This document shows positions 1-13,957 of a DNA stretch of 64,000 bases, one piece after another (position 1 is the stretch's first letter; every line of letters starts with the position of its first letter). The notes under the pieces were generated by a model, which saw only the letters and a list, made by a program, of their open reading frames with translations, made no database searches and was not told the DNA's origin. The stretch spans positions 4,101,106-4,165,105 of the forward strand of contig CAVNZM010000003.1 of the NCBI GenBank assembly GCA_963693365.1, given 5' to 3'. The translations under genes were made by a program, and so were the position numbers. Origin of the DNA: Amoebidium appalachense (Eukaryota; Protista; Ichthyosporea).

Positions 1-1004
1 CTAAGGATTGATTCTTTTCTGGTGTGGAACGGAACTCATATGCAACTTCCACGACGTGTTAGGACGAAGTTTGGACGAAAGTATCATTTTAAAACGGTTT
101 GTCAAATAAATATATAAGCGGCTGAAGCTAGCTAAGACAATCTGGTAGAGTAGCCCAAACAGGGTGGAGTTGGTCCTGGGGTGGGGTTATGGGGGAAAGA
201 GGGAGGGTTGGGGGGGGGGGGGGGGGGGTGAAGGTGGTGGGTGGTGGGTGGGTGGGAGAGGGGGAGGGGGGGGGGGGGGGGGAAGGGGGGGGGGCAACAG
301 AAACATCTCAGAGAGGGGGAGGGGGGAGGGGGGGGGGAGGGGGGGGGGGGGGGGGGGGGGGCTGGAGGATTGGGAGGTTCCACATAGTCGAGGTAGCTCA
401 GCGAGAATATTGTATGATAACGGTGCAAGCTTCTAATATTAGATCTTTGCATAGTTTGTGAGAAAGATGACCACACCGATACGAATCAGTGTGTGTGCCT
501 GCAGACCTATGAATTTAAGTCGTACTCTTCGTAGCTCCTGAATTCTGCGCTATGACCAGAATAAATTCACTTGCAGGAAGCACTTATGCATGCTTTTTCG
601 CTTCTTTGATCCTGCTCCGGTCAAGTCCTTGTTGGCCTTTAGGGGTGCATTTCCCTTAGAGCACAGGGGATAACGTGCAAGAACGATAACGTGTATCTTT
701 GCTCCTCAAGTCCATGTTGGCCACGGAGGGTGCACTTTGTCTCTAGACAGGGCGGTTATCTTCGCACAAACAGGTAACACAGTGAAGACGTGCAGTTTTG
801 AGTTTGAGTACAGTTTATTCCTTCTGAGAGGCATTCGCAACTCGCAAGGGGCTACATCCGGAGCAATCGTTGCTCGGGAGCTTAGGTTACATCTTTACAC
901 TTCATTCACATTCGTAAAGGCTAGCCGTATCAACTATAACATTCAAAATATATCAGAAACACATCCTTGATCTCACACTATTTGGCTCTTTAGATTACAT
1001 TCGT

Positions 1005-2060
1005 TCACTGGTTTAATTTCAGCCGCACAACTGTCGGGTGCAGGCTATCCTTCGCATGCTGGGTCACATCGCTTGCGCTCCTTGGCCTCTTAGCTGGACC
1101 GTTTGAAATAGTGGTTGACGCAACACTAATAGTGGTGTCGGAAAACGATCCGATGGTTACGTTCTGCGCCTCGGGCCACTGTTCGCTGATAAACTCAAGT
1201 GCCTCTCGTGCTGTGCATCTCTCGGCGGGGTTCACTTGCAACATGTGCAGAAGAAGGAAACGTGCCGGGTTGGAAAATGACCGCCACGGCTCAGCAGAGA
1301 GATCGTTTCGCTTGAAACGACGGAAACCCGAGCTGCTGTCGTCTGCGCGAGACCAAGGGAAGTCATACTTGGTGTTTGAGCACAGAAGCGTCCACAGAAG
1401 GATTCCAGCTGCCCAAACATCAGATTTCATAAGACACGAGTCCATGACACCAGCAAGAAGTTCGGGGCACACATACTCCTCCGTTCCTGGAACAGTGGCG
1501 GATACCTCGTTAAGGTCACAGGCAAAACCAAAGTCGATAAGGCGGACATCATCAGACCCGGGGCTAACACGAACAACGTTCTCAAGCTTGATGTCTCGGT
1601 GTGCCATGTGTCGTTCCTCGTGAAGGTAGACTAGAGCGCGCAATACGCCACGCATCCATGCCATGACTTTTGCCTCGGTGATGTGCTGGCCGCCGGCTAC
1701 TGCGTCGAATAGGTCACCACCGCCGAGGTATTCTTGAACGAGGAAAAACTGGGTAGGTGTCTCGATGAACTTGTATGCCTTAGCAATGTTCGCGTGGTTT
1801 AGCCCTTTTTGCATTCTTACTTCGCGGCGTATTATGCGTTCGTTTGACTCGGTGCGGCTAACAACCTTAACGGCGTATCTCTGCCCAGTGGTTGCGTCGC
1901 GCGCTTCGTGCACTGCAGCTGTGCTGCCCGTGTTCATTGTGCGAACAAACTCGAAACTCGAACTTATGGTGGATGGGCGTGTCTGTTGTGTGGTTGTGAT
2001 GGTGTGTGGGTTTACATTTCCTAGAGCCATATGGCTCATAGCAACAGCAACTTGCGTCAT
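1005..2060 (-). CDS. Intronless Ser/Thr protein kinase (CAMK-group-like), 351 aa
   Basis: Single ORF with kinase subdomains in order: degenerate G-loop (MNTGSTAAV), YAVK, helix-C Glu (IRREV), QEYLGGGDLFD, HRDIKLEN, DFG, GTEEYVCPE, KSDVWAAGI, and ..NPAERCTA in subdomain XI. Confidence 0.93.
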   Translation of the reverse strand: MTQVAVAMSHMALGNVNPHTITTTQQTRPSTISSSFEFVRTMNTGSTAAVHEARDATTGQRYAVKVVSRTESNERIIRREVRMQKGLNHANIAKAYKFIETPTQFFLVQEYLGGGDLFDAVAGGQHITEAKVMAWMRGVLRALVYLHEERHMAHRDIKLENVVRVSPGSDDVRLIDFGFACDLNEVSATVPGTEEYVCPELLAGVMDSCLMKSDVWAAGILLWTLLCSNTKYDFPWSRADDSSSGFRRFKRNDLSAEPWRSFSNPARFLLLHMLQVNPAERCTAREALEFISEQWPEAQNVTIGSFSDTTISVASTTISNGPAKRPRSASDVTQHAKDSLHPTVVRLKLNQ

Positions 2061-2198
2061 TCTCTTTTGCGTTTGCTCCTCGTGTTGCGTGAATGCTCAG
2101 GAAAAGTGTTCGTGAACACAAAACATAAAACTGAACGAACACTCTTTGAAGTGAAACACAAGCAGGAACTTCCGTGCTGTGACCAGCCTGACCAGCCA

Positions 2199-2326
2199 TT
2201 TTATACGAATCCGGGGCGGAGCTGGTTCACGCAGAAACCGGCAAACAATTCACTTACGCACATTTTGTGATTGGTTAAGCCCAAATGGCAGGCCAGCCAC
2301 CTTTAGATCTACAAGCGAATGATTGG
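2199..2326 (-). promoter_or_regulatory. Putative core promoter of the kinase gene (TATA, GC box, two CCAAT boxes)
   Basis: On the minus strand, TATAAAA lies at 2205-2199 (~140 bp upstream of the ATG) and CCAAT at 2274-2270 and 2326-2322. GGGGCGGA lies at 2213-2220 on the plus strand. Order and spacing are canonical. Confidence 0.5.
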
Positions 2327-4310
2327 TTAGGACGGTTTACTATTTATGCTGTGGTATGTCATTAGAAGACGAGCCGGCATAGGCCTGTATGGGTTGCCCG
2401 ATAACACCTCTATAGTTTGCAGACTAGGGGCAAAATATGTATGCTGATATTTTAAAAAATGTCTGGTTTACTTGCTTTGCGTGCATATTGTGCTCAGCTG
2501 AATTAACGGCTATTGCAACGAGGAGCTTCATCTTCAGATCTTTTTCGACGTTCTCATTGAGTGATTCCTCAAAGCAATTATTTTGGTAGAAATTGAACCA
2601 ACCTTTCATTGGATATGTATCATGCAAAAGCTATAACGCATTCCATATCAGAGAAAAGGCTCACGTAGTCGCTCATCGTGATTGGATGACACAGGACCAG
2701 ATTTCCTAGAATCATAATGGCTCGATCATAACGACCAAGTGAACGGAACGCACCGGTAGAAAAAACTAAGCAAATTTATTCCTATTAGCTGTGTGGTCTC
2801 GGAGGGCTTGGGTGCAGCATCATCACGTATATACTTGCAGTTTCCGTCGTCTGACCAACACTCTTTGATGCGAATCGATGCTTTTGTGAATTTCGGAGCT
2901 GCGGGCGTTACATTCCTTTGACAGATGCATTTTGAAGCTGAGGTATGGGCTCTGTAAAACATGTTGCTCCCAAATCAGTCAGACCTTTGCACATGCATTG
3001 TTGCTCGGCATATTGTTAAAAGGAATGCTTATATAACCAATATAATGTTTTTATGCTACACTAACGAGCTAACGTTTTAAAAGCTGTGTTTAAAGCTCGA
3101 AAATGCCCGAATAAAGGACAGTACTCAAGCAACTTAAGTGACTGTGAGCGATTTTCCGGCACTCGAGCTGGCACATTCCAGCAAAGGCATTTTTTCGTAA
3201 AGTGGTGCATTTTTATCCAATTGTGTTTCGGAGTCCAGTGTGTCCTACACTGAGCAGCTCGACGCCGACAACGCAGAACTTTTCATATCGCGCTCTCGCT
3301 GCCATTTTGAAGCCGCATTTTTTGAATGGCCCCATTGTTGTCTTCGTGTTTTTCTACACTTCATTCTGGTGATACTGTAATATTTCACCATGGTTGCCCG
3401 TAGCTACAATACCCGGTACACTGATCACCATATGAAAGGCACAGGCTCAGGGCCTCAGGCTGCCGCCGCCCGCCGCCAAACTGAGTGGTCCGGAGTCGGT
3501 GCCAACATTCCAGAATTCGCACCAGCATTGTAAACAAATGACCATCAGCAAATCAGAGATAGGGGCTTTAGTTTATCGTATAATGTCGCAAACCCTTGTA
3601 GCGGCGCCAGCCAGTCGGAATAGAGTTCCACACTTATTACTTTTCCTTTTGCATTACTAACTATGATTGGATGAGAAAGCATCAGCCCTTCTCTGAAAAT
3701 CCGGCTGAGCTCGAGTCGAGGTCCGACTCGAGGAACGACGCTGTGTATACATGTACAGGCCTACACGTACAGAGGGGTAGCAGGGGAAGAAGCGGGGAGT
3801 ATCCTGAACTACAAAATGTTATTAGTAACAAGCGCTAGCACAGGACTTTAACCGACGGCGCCAGTAAACGCATACGTGCACCTGATAGCCATGCGTTAGT
3901 ATTGTAAACCTAATTCTGCCATCGTAACTTGCGATTGGAGTGCACCACTCGCGTTTGCACACCGGATTTGCGGCAGGCTGTTGAGTCACGTGGGCCGGGT
4001 CAGTCCTGCGGAACTGCGCGCGGCACACGGGCAAATTCGCATCTCCCTATGTTGAGTCGATCACCGTCGTACCGATATGCGTATCAGGCCGGCTGGCGCC
4101 AACTGGGGATTCGGGGAACACATCACCGTTTATGTTTTGGCCACTTGAGCGCACCGGGGCGCGCGTGCCTGCCGGCCACCGGCTGGTGGCTGCCACTGGC
4201 TGGCCATGTTCCGCTCGCGCTTGCCACGTTGCGTTCTCGAGTGTCTACTATTGGTGTAGGCTCATGCATCTGTGGGCGTGTGTGTGTGTGTGTGTTTGTG
4301 TGTTTGTGTG

Positions 4311-4351
<41 letters not shown>

Positions 4352-4716
4352 GTGTGTGTGTGGGTGTGGGTGTGGGTGGGTGGGTGGGTGGGTGGGTGGG
4401 TGGGTGGGTGGGTGGGTGGGAGAGTGTGTGGGTGTGTGCTCACACAGGTTATATAACGAATAGGTGTACATACTTGTATACATGTCACACGGTGTGTGTA
4501 TGTGATGTGGGTGTGTAACAGTAGTAGTAGTGGTGGGTGTGTGTGTGTGTGTGTGTGCCTGGACTCCGCTGGTTGTGTACGTGCCATGGTGTTCCGCAGC
4601 ACGTGTGTGGGTTTATGTTTGCGTGCGTGATGTCCTTGTGTGTGTAGCCCTACGTGTGTGTGTTGCACATGTGTGTGTGTGCGTGTGCGTGTGCGTTAAC
4701 ACGTGTGTGCGTGCGT

Positions 4717-4771
<55 letters not shown>

Positions 4772-4902
4772 TGCACGTGTGTGTGTGTGTTTGTGTGTGT
4801 GTCACGGTGTGTGTGTGTGTGTGTGTTTGTCTGCCTGCCACGTGTAACTATCTATGTGTGTACTACCAGTAAGCATACCGTCTACCTGTGTGCGCACGTG
4901 TG

Positions 4903-5025
<123 letters not shown>

Positions 5026-5106
5026 TGCACACGTGTGTATATGTGTGTGTGTGTGTATGTGTTGAGCGTGGGTGTGTGCGCTCACGCATGCGTGAGCGTA
5101 TGTCTA

Positions 5107-5143
<37 letters not shown>

Positions 5144-5399
5144 GTTGGCGATACATGAATCCTTGGGTATGCATGGATATGTGGAAGACGGAGAGACAGA
5201 GCTCAAGGGGAGGCCTTGTTGGAGCGGGGAGGGAGGAGGGGGGAGGGGGCGGGGGAGGTGGCAGGGAGAAGGGTGGGGGAAAGAGTGGGGAAGAGGAGAG
5301 CTGAGAGTGCGAAGGGGGGGCGGGAGGAGGGGGGGGGGGGGGGGGAGTGAGAAAGAGAAGAAGCGAGAGGTACTGAAAACGTGTTTCTGTGTGTGTATG

Positions 5400-7185
5400 C
5401 TTGTACGTCACAGCGCGTTATGCCCCATGTGCATGCAGGATCCACACACGGCGCCTTACACTTGCCCACAAGTTTAAAGGTATGTGTCTGTCATGCATGT
5501 GGTGAATCTGCCACCCTGAGTCCACGCCTACTGTGGTACATGTGTTTGTGAAAAAATGCTTGTGTACCTCGTGTACATACCGCCACATTATCTGCATGCA
5601 GCCACCAGTTGTGTGACTGTAGGTCACAACCTTTTGAAAGAAATCCCATTCACGTGCAAGTGGCCACCATCATTTGCTGCTGTAATACATACAGTATCCG
5701 TGTAAGTATTACGGACCGGAACCCCCCCCCCCCCCCCCCCCCCCCCTCCTCCAATTATACTCAAACACACAACTGTTAGCAGGGCTTCGCTCCTTGGGCT
5801 TTTTTTTCCAGAAGCTCTCAGTGTACGTGCACCACCACTAGCATATGCTCAAATTCAGACACCCGACACGGCCCGGTGTAACATATCATGATGGTATTCT
5901 TAAAAGTGTTTGAGCCATTTGTTTACGCCACAACTTTGTTGCATTACGGGAGTATTGCTGTCTGTCGCACTTCGCTATCATAAATGAAAATCGATTTATT
6001 CTGATGTGTTTCTCATGTTGAAGGATTGTGCAAAGTTTTTGCACCTTTTTCTTGCCTTTCAAGGGGTCATTTTGTCCGGATTTCTACTCAGGTACAGTGC
6101 ATCTGATTCAGGCATGAGGTCAGTGTTACTGTTGGTTTCTTGAGAACACATGGTTTAACATCATCCCCTTCCCCGCCTCCCCTCCCCCCCCCCTCTTCCC
6201 CCGTCTCCTCAAAATAATCAAAAAAAAGGGGGGGGGGGGGGGGGGGGGGGGGGAGGGAGAGGGAGATCAAGAGAGAAGAGGTTAGAGAGCAAGAGAGGGG
6301 AGATGGGGGGGGGGGGGGAGGAGGAGGAGGAGAGAGACAGAGAGAGAGGGGGGAGGGAGGGGGGAGGCAGAGAGGGAGGGGAAGAGAGAGGCAGAGAGAC
6401 AGTGTACATGTGTGTTTGTGTGTGCGTGTGTGAAAAGAAGGCATACTAACACTTCTGATATCATAATTTATTGATCTTGAAATACCCACGGCTATATCAG
6501 ATTCTCCCGGACCCACAAACTGTGACAACAGGAAATCGGTTTGTATGCCACATAGGGTCAGAACTTGCCACACTTGGTTGACCGGCCACGCTCAGAATTT
6601 CCTGCAGCAGGCACAAATTTGCATGCTGCATCCAGCCACGTCTGGATCCTCCCTCGGCTTATGGATTTGTTGCCATGGCCAAAACAGAGGCCACCCTTCA
6701 GTTTTTGCTATGTAAAAGGTTTTCAGATTACTTCTGCCCCCCCCCCCCCCCCCCCCCCCCCTCCCCCCTCCCGACCTGGATGCATACAGAGCGAACACGG
6801 CAATATGATGTGTTACAGTACACGTGCACCCGCTGACAGGTTGGTGCGGCAGCAAACCACCAACAGATATGGGGATTTTTTTAGCTGGTTCGTTGACCCG
6901 GAGTAGTACCAACTTCCCCTTTTCTGCTTAGAGATCTTAGACTAGAAGGAACAAATGTAATAGCATTCCGCCTGAGGGTAGAAAGAGAGTGAAGTGGACG
7001 ACTGTAGACTTTGTGAGGCTGATGAGGTGCTACATGTGGGTTGGATGTACCACGTTCAATTGAGTTGATATCTTGTGTTACTATCATGGTACCGTTTTGC
7101 ATGGCTGCAATTTAATCTTAACTTGCTCACAAAAAGATGTGTTTTGCCATGATCAAATTCTGACGGCCCCCCCTCCGCCCCTCCA

Positions 7186-7236
<51 letters not shown>

Positions 7237-7242
7237 CCCCCC

Positions 7243-7273
<31 letters not shown>

Positions 7274-8413
7274 ACACACTTCACACACACCCACACCCAC
7301 ACCCACACACACCCACACAGTGTTACCCACACACACACAAATCCAAGCCTCCTAGATAAACGCACAGACACACGCATGTACAAACTTTTCACAAACACAC
7401 CAACAGGATCAAAGGCAACAAATCACTGAGATCAATCAGCGAGTAAGCTTTGTCCCACAATTAAAGTTACCACTTCCCTCCATTACCTTTCGGCTGCCCG
7501 GATTTCAGTCTGTTGGGGGACCACACACACGTGACATATGTCATCGTGGTGGCATCATAGCGGCATGTCGTCACTTCGATGTAGTAGCTACTGCCATGAA
7601 AAGCAGTGGCAATTTGGTCCATGGCTGGCAAATAATGCCCAGGTTGCCCACACAATTGTTGCTAATTTTTGAAAACATACAGTTCACTGAGCAAATTCCC
7701 CCCCCCCCCCCCCCCCCCCTCCCCCCCCCACTCTCCTCCTCCCATTAACCAGGCCCCCCCCATCCCACAGCTCCCAATCCCTTTCCCCCCTCTCCCTCCC
7801 TCCCTCCCCCGCCCCCCAACCCCCCCCAACCCCAACCCCACCCTCACCTTCCACGGCACCTGTAGTTGCCAAATGTAGTTGCACACAATTGTCCACCATT
7901 CACCGAGCCCCTCCCGATGCCCCCCCCCCCCCCCCCCCCCCCCTCCTTCTCCTCCCCCCCTCCCCCCCCCCCCCTCCTCCCCCCCTCTCCCGTGGGGCCC
8001 CTTCCCTCCTTCCCCCCTCACCCTCCCTTTATCCTGGCCCATACACATTCCGAAAAATGCCAAAACATGTGCACTCACTCCAGCCCCCTCCCCCCCCCCC
8101 GTTCTCCCCACCCTATAAGGCCAGGACACACTGACACCGTGGGAGCACACACAACATGTGTACCAATGATCATTGAACCGTGCAGCTATGAATAATGTGT
8201 GCTTTCTTGATTTTATGTGTGCTGACAGTTGGGAACGATCAGAAACATGTACAAGTGTGGAATCTGGAGGCCAAGAAGGGGGGGGGGGGGGGGGGGGGGG
8301 AACAAAAATTAAAACATCTGTGAAATTTTTATGATCTTGTTTATAGGCACCCGTGATTGCCAAATGTAATTGAACACATCCCACCCCCGCTGAGCCTCTT
8401 CCCGAGCAGCAGC

Positions 8414-8447
<34 letters not shown>

Positions 8448-9125
8448 CCCCCCCCACCCACCCACCCACCCACCCACCCACCCCGCCACCGCCGCCGCCG
8501 GACAAAATCATCATAACCTTGCAAGTTGAAGCGACGTGGCATCTTGCCAGTGGTTCACATCTTATCCCATCAGCATTATATTCAAACCCACAATCACATT
8601 GAGAGATCAGTTTTTGTACCATAGTATGAGAATAGAACTTGCCACACTTGGGTGACCAGCCATGCTCAGGAAGTAGTGTACAGCAAGCACTCATCTGGAC
8701 GCCGCACACGCGGGTGGTTGTAAAGACTTATGGACGTGTTGCTATGGCCAAGAAAAGGTCACCCTTCAGTTTTGCTGAAACCAGTTCAAATCATTTCTTC
8801 CCCTCCCCTCAACCCCCTCTTCCCCCCCCCCCCCCCCCCCCCCCCCCCTTTCCCGGATCTGAATGCATACAAACACGGCAATTCTGTGATGTGTTACAGT
8901 ACACGTGCACAAGGATAGTGCCTCAGCAAAACACCAACAGGAATGGGGATTTGTAAGTTGGTTTGTTGACTCGGAGTAAATACCAACATCCCCTTTCCTG
9001 CATAATATCGCTCTAGTAGTAGAACCGTAATATCATTCTGCCTGAGGGTAGAAAGGGAGTTACATGGGCCACCGTAGACTTCGTGAGGTGCTACATATGC
9101 ATATGGACTTAAGGGTTGAAACATT

Positions 9126-9172
<47 letters not shown>

Positions 9173-12100
9173 TGCTATACGTATCAGATGTTACTCTTCC
9201 GGAGAACCAACCAGAGGAGGGATGGGGCTGGGGGAGGGGGGGTGGGAGGAGGGGGGGGGGTGGGGGGGGTAAATGCCTTTTCATGGTTGATATCGACTCA
9301 GTTCCCGGTGCCACTGTAAAGAGTGAAAAGATGCAAGTTTTTACTATTGTCAATTGTACCATGGGCGCTATCAAGTTGAACGAATCTTATGTTTTTTGCA
9401 TGGCTGCAATTATTCAATTGAAATGCCTCACAAAATGATGCGGTTTGCCATGATGTGATTCCCCTCCCTCCCCCCCCCCTCGGCCCCCACAACACACAGA
9501 CACACACACCCACCCACACACACACCCGCACAGTGTCACCCACACACACACATATTCATACAAGTACCCGGTAATTTCCACACAAACAAACAGGAGCAAA
9601 GCCAACAAATCACTGAATTTAATCAGCGAGTAAGTAACTTCTGTCCCACAATCGAAGCGACAAATCTCCTTTTTTGGGCCCCGAGCTTGCCATGTCTGCT
9701 ATAGCCTGTTGGGCGACCACACACACGTGACATTAGGCACCGTGGTGGCATCATTATTAGGTCACCATCGTTGTGTCCAGCATGGTTGTGGCCAGGTCGC
9801 CCACGTAATTGCTCCTAAATTGGAAACCGTGCACTGAGCATGTGTCTCCCGAACCGGCCCTCTTACCACAGTTCCCGATCCTCCCCTTCCCCTCCCCCCC
9901 TCCCCCCTCCCCCCCACCCACCCCCAGCTCTCCCCCTCTTCCAGGCTAATATGCAATTTGTAAAATGTTAAAGCATGTGCATTCACTCCTTCCAGTCCCC
10001 TCCCCCCTCTGTCCCCCCTCCCGCCCCTTGTAAGGCTATAGGACACACACACACGAGCACGATATAATGAACCGCGTAATTTTGAATGATGTGTGCTTGT
10101 AGGGCCGAACACGAGCAGAAAGATGATGTCTAAGCAGGTATTGAGAAAAAAAGAGGTGCGAGGCGGGGGGAGGGAGGGAGGGGGGGAGGTTCAGAGAAGG
10201 GACGGGGGGAATGGATGGGGGGGGGGGGGGGGGGGGGGGGGAGGGGGTAACACGAGAGCAAAAAGCCTTGTGGATTGTAATTATAGAAACGAGAGGGAAC
10301 ACGAAATGGGAAGGAAGGGAGCTATATTGGTTGGGGGCTCTCTTTCTCCCTTTTCTTCATTTTTATTGTATTTTTCTGCGGCAAGGCTGACATATAGCAC
10401 ATTTGATGATGTACACTGAAAAGGGTGCTATAAAGTGATAGCATGTACGCATCCTCTCCCCCCACCCGGAAACACACACACATACCCCTCCAGAACACAC
10501 AAACGCACGCACGCACGCACACACGCATACACGCACGCACACACGCGCGCACGCACGCTTAAAAAGGGCATCAATTAAGATGTCCTTGGATGGTACAGGT
10601 TATGCACTGGGGTCATTTTCTCCAGGCCAGTTTCAAGGTGCGCTGGGATGTCAAACTTTCGGAATATTTTCTCCCCCTCCCCCCCCCCCCCCCCCCCCCC
10701 CGGTCCCCCTCCCCCAACCCGCCCCCTCCCCCCCTCCCCCCCCCCCCCCCCCCCCCCAAAGAGGGACATACGTTGAAAAGTCAACGGTTATCAAACGTTT
10801 GTAGTACGTACTGTCCCTGCAGGCCTGCTCCCCCCCCCCCCCCCCCCCCCCCCACCTCCCTCGCCTCCAACCTCCACACAACACACACACGTGTAGAACT
10901 TCACACACATCTCTCAGCATGTACTTGATCAAACCCACAATCACACCCGCATCTGCCCTTGTCATATGGCTCAGCTGGCCGAACATCAGTCTGCTGGGCA
11001 ACATGACTCAGATGCACCTCTATGCGCGCTATAATGGCTGTGCATGTTCGAGTCGTCAACACTGTCATGCTGGCTGAGTCGCCCATGTATAGGTTATTGT
11101 TGCTGAAAATCATAAGGTGCAACGCACACTGTGTGCGCACACTAAATTCCTCCCCCTCCTCCCCCCCTCCCCCCTCCCCCTCCCCTCCCCTCCCCTCCCC
11201 CCCCCCCCCCAACCCCACCCACCCTCCATTACCACCACCACCATCCCCGCCCTTGATTCCCCCACCCAGCTTTCAGTTATTCAACAACAAGTGTGATTGT
11301 CTAGGTAACTGAACACATCCCACCCCCAATGGGCCCTTTGACGAAAGGCTCCTCCCCTCCAATCCACCCCTTCCAATAGTTATAACTATAAGTAGTAATA
11401 ACATTCAACGGCCCCTGTGATTGAATGCATTATCATGTGGCATCCCAATCACAATGAGCCCCTCCAAGCAGCCTCCATACCACAACATTTCCACTAATCC
11501 CCCCTTTCCTCCTCCCCCCTTCCCCCCTCCCCCCCCCTTTTATGCACATCACACACAGACACGAGCACACACACAACACGTGTCGAACCGTGCATTCATG
11601 AAATCGAGCAGTGATGATTGTGCTCAAAGAGAGTACACGATTAGAAATGCCAAGGGGACATGCGGAAGGAGGAGGAGAGGAGGGGGAAGGGGGAGGGGGG
11701 GAGGGGGGAAGGAGAGGGGGTAAATGGACGGAGAGGGTGAGTGAGGGGGGAGGGGAGAGGGGGAGGAGGGGGGACATGCGGAAAACTCGTTCGAGTAAGG
11801 TGCGGGGAGAGGAAGAGGGGGAGGGGGGGGGGGGAGGGGGGACGTGTACACACCACCGCAATAAAGCTCCACGACAAATTTATAAACTTTTATCAGAGGC
11901 GAACTTTCTGTCCCACCATCACAGCCGCAACTGAGGCTCGTCACAGCTTGGCTGTCCGTATTCCGGTCACTTGGGCGACCACATGACATGCACGTGACAT
12001 ACGTCACCGTGGTGGCATCACCATTAGGCCACATTCATAGAGCCCATCCGATGTGGTGGAATTTAGGCCATTGCTGGCGAACAAAGGTCTGGTTGCCCAC

Positions 12101-12295
12101 ATAGATGTTGCTAACCTCAAAAACAGTACACCCAGCAGGCCCGGCGCGCTGGTCTCCCCCTTCCCCACTGCCCCCCCCCCGCTCCTGACCTTTCCTCTCC
12201 TCCCCCCACCTCTCTCCCCCGGGATCCCTCATCGGCACCTGTATTTTTCAAATGTGATTTAAGGCATTCCACCCCAACTGGGCACTTTCCCATGA

Positions 12296-12327
<32 letters not shown>

Positions 12328-12500
12328 AAAAAAAAAAAAAAAAACAAAGAAACAAAAAACAAAACACATGCCCACCCACCCAACGTGTTGCACTACCACC
12401 AACGCCACACATCCACCCACCCACATTTCAATCACGTGCCCACAAAGACTTCATTGACCCCCGGCCTCTTCCATCTCTCATGCATATGAACAGCTCTGCA
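5400..12500. repeat. Diverged tandem/segmental repeat array A (decayed gene- or TE-derived unit)
   Basis: 6520-7450 aligns by eye with 8590-9640. 7440-7700 aligns with 9630-9840 and 11900-12140, and 8110-8260 with 10030-10140 and 11560-11660. A core motif (cccacaatc...ttggg(c/t)gacca) recurs near 6512, 7453, 8588, 9644, 10934 and 11910. Frames are broken by stops and indels. Confidence 0.75.
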
Positions 12501-13017
12501 CATGCACAATGTCATGCTCAGCGGGAAGGTGTTTTATTGGATTAACCCAATCACACCTGTTTTAGCGCTGACTGCAGGAATACAAACACATGAATATCAG
12601 TGGGGCAAGATGGACATATGAACTGAAAAGGAATGAAAAAAAGGGATGAAAAAAAATGTAATCATTCCCGGCCAATAACAAGTAGCATGAACTCATTTCG
12701 ATAAATTCCGGATATATTGTCGCCATTTTTCATAACTAACCGAACACGGAGGATACTATTACTCAAAACGTGAAACGTATGACACTAACACAGCAACTAC
12801 GTATACCGAGCCTAGTGTATCTTATAGGTTAGCACAAAGACACAGTCTTAGGCAATTACATTATGCACCGTCACACTTAACCTATACCTCACACAGATTC
12901 AACGACAAATACCTTTCTCTGTCGCATCTGCAGATACAAGTGAAATAACATAATGAAAAAAAAACACACTCATGAATTCAAAAACGTGACCCCATAAATT
13001 TTAAAGATAAAGCCCCC

Positions 13018-13915
13018 CTAGTTTGATGCAACACCAATCACATGCTTCCTCAGCTGCTTGACTGCCGAATCGCTGTGTCCTGCTTCTCTGAACTGCCGAG
13101 TGGCGTCCATCCCTGCGTGGTGCAAAAAGGGTTAAACATCAACACAGGATAAGAAAAAAAAAAATAAGGATGAAAATTTACTATACAGAGTGGCGGCGGG
13201 GGGGGGGGGGGGTTTGGGGGGGGGTTTGAATGCGGAACACGGTACGAAGTACGCATACACGATGAGAAGTATGGTGCAGGACACATGCAAAGGCAAACAT
13301 TCAAGTATGCAACATCAGCCATGCGCACAGTATGCGTCATAAGCAGAGCCCATCCTCAGGGAGGGCCCAAGTCATCAATTGCGTCTGAGTTTCGACCCCT
13401 TAGCCCGCGTATATATATTGGGGGGGGGGGGGGGAGGGGGGGGGGGGGGGGGAGAGGGGGGGGGGGGCGAGGGGGCGGGGGGGGGGGGGGGGGGGGGGGG
13501 AGGAGAGAGAGAGAAAAAGAGAGAGAGAGAGAGAGAGAGAGTCAAGAAAAGCGCGGAGGGAAAGAGGGGGGGGGGGGAGAAGGGAGGGGAGGGGCGAGTT
13601 GGAGAGGGAAGAGAGAAAAGGTGGGGAGAAAAGGGGGGAAAGAGTGACACGGAAGGGGGGGGGGGGGGGGGGGGGGGGCTGGGAGGGGGAAACGGGCGGA
13701 GACGGAGAGAATGAGAGGGAGAGAAAGAGAGCTGAGAAACGTCCGGGAAAGAAAGGTGGGAGGCAAGGCTCGCACAGGTGGTGTGTGTGTGTGTGTGTGT
13801 TTGTCTGTTCTGTTTATTTGTGTTTGCGCGCACCTGGCGGAGGGTAGGGTGTCCACGCACGTGCGTGATCATATGCATGTGTGCGTGTGCGCATGTGTGT
13901 GTGTGTGCGTGTGCG

Positions 13916-13957
<42 letters not shown>

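Noticed and set aside
2424-4260. Small ORFs and a 9-bp hairpin (CTCGAGTCG..CGACTCGAG, ~3710-3732) upstream of the kinase
   Set aside because: No recognisable domain, splice pattern or second copy supports a call.
6960-7040. Myb-like or R4-retroelement-like motif RKRVKWTTVDFVRLMRCY on the + strand
   Set aside because: It is short, flanked by stops, has no reverse transcriptase nearby, and is only partly conserved in the sister copy at ~9050.
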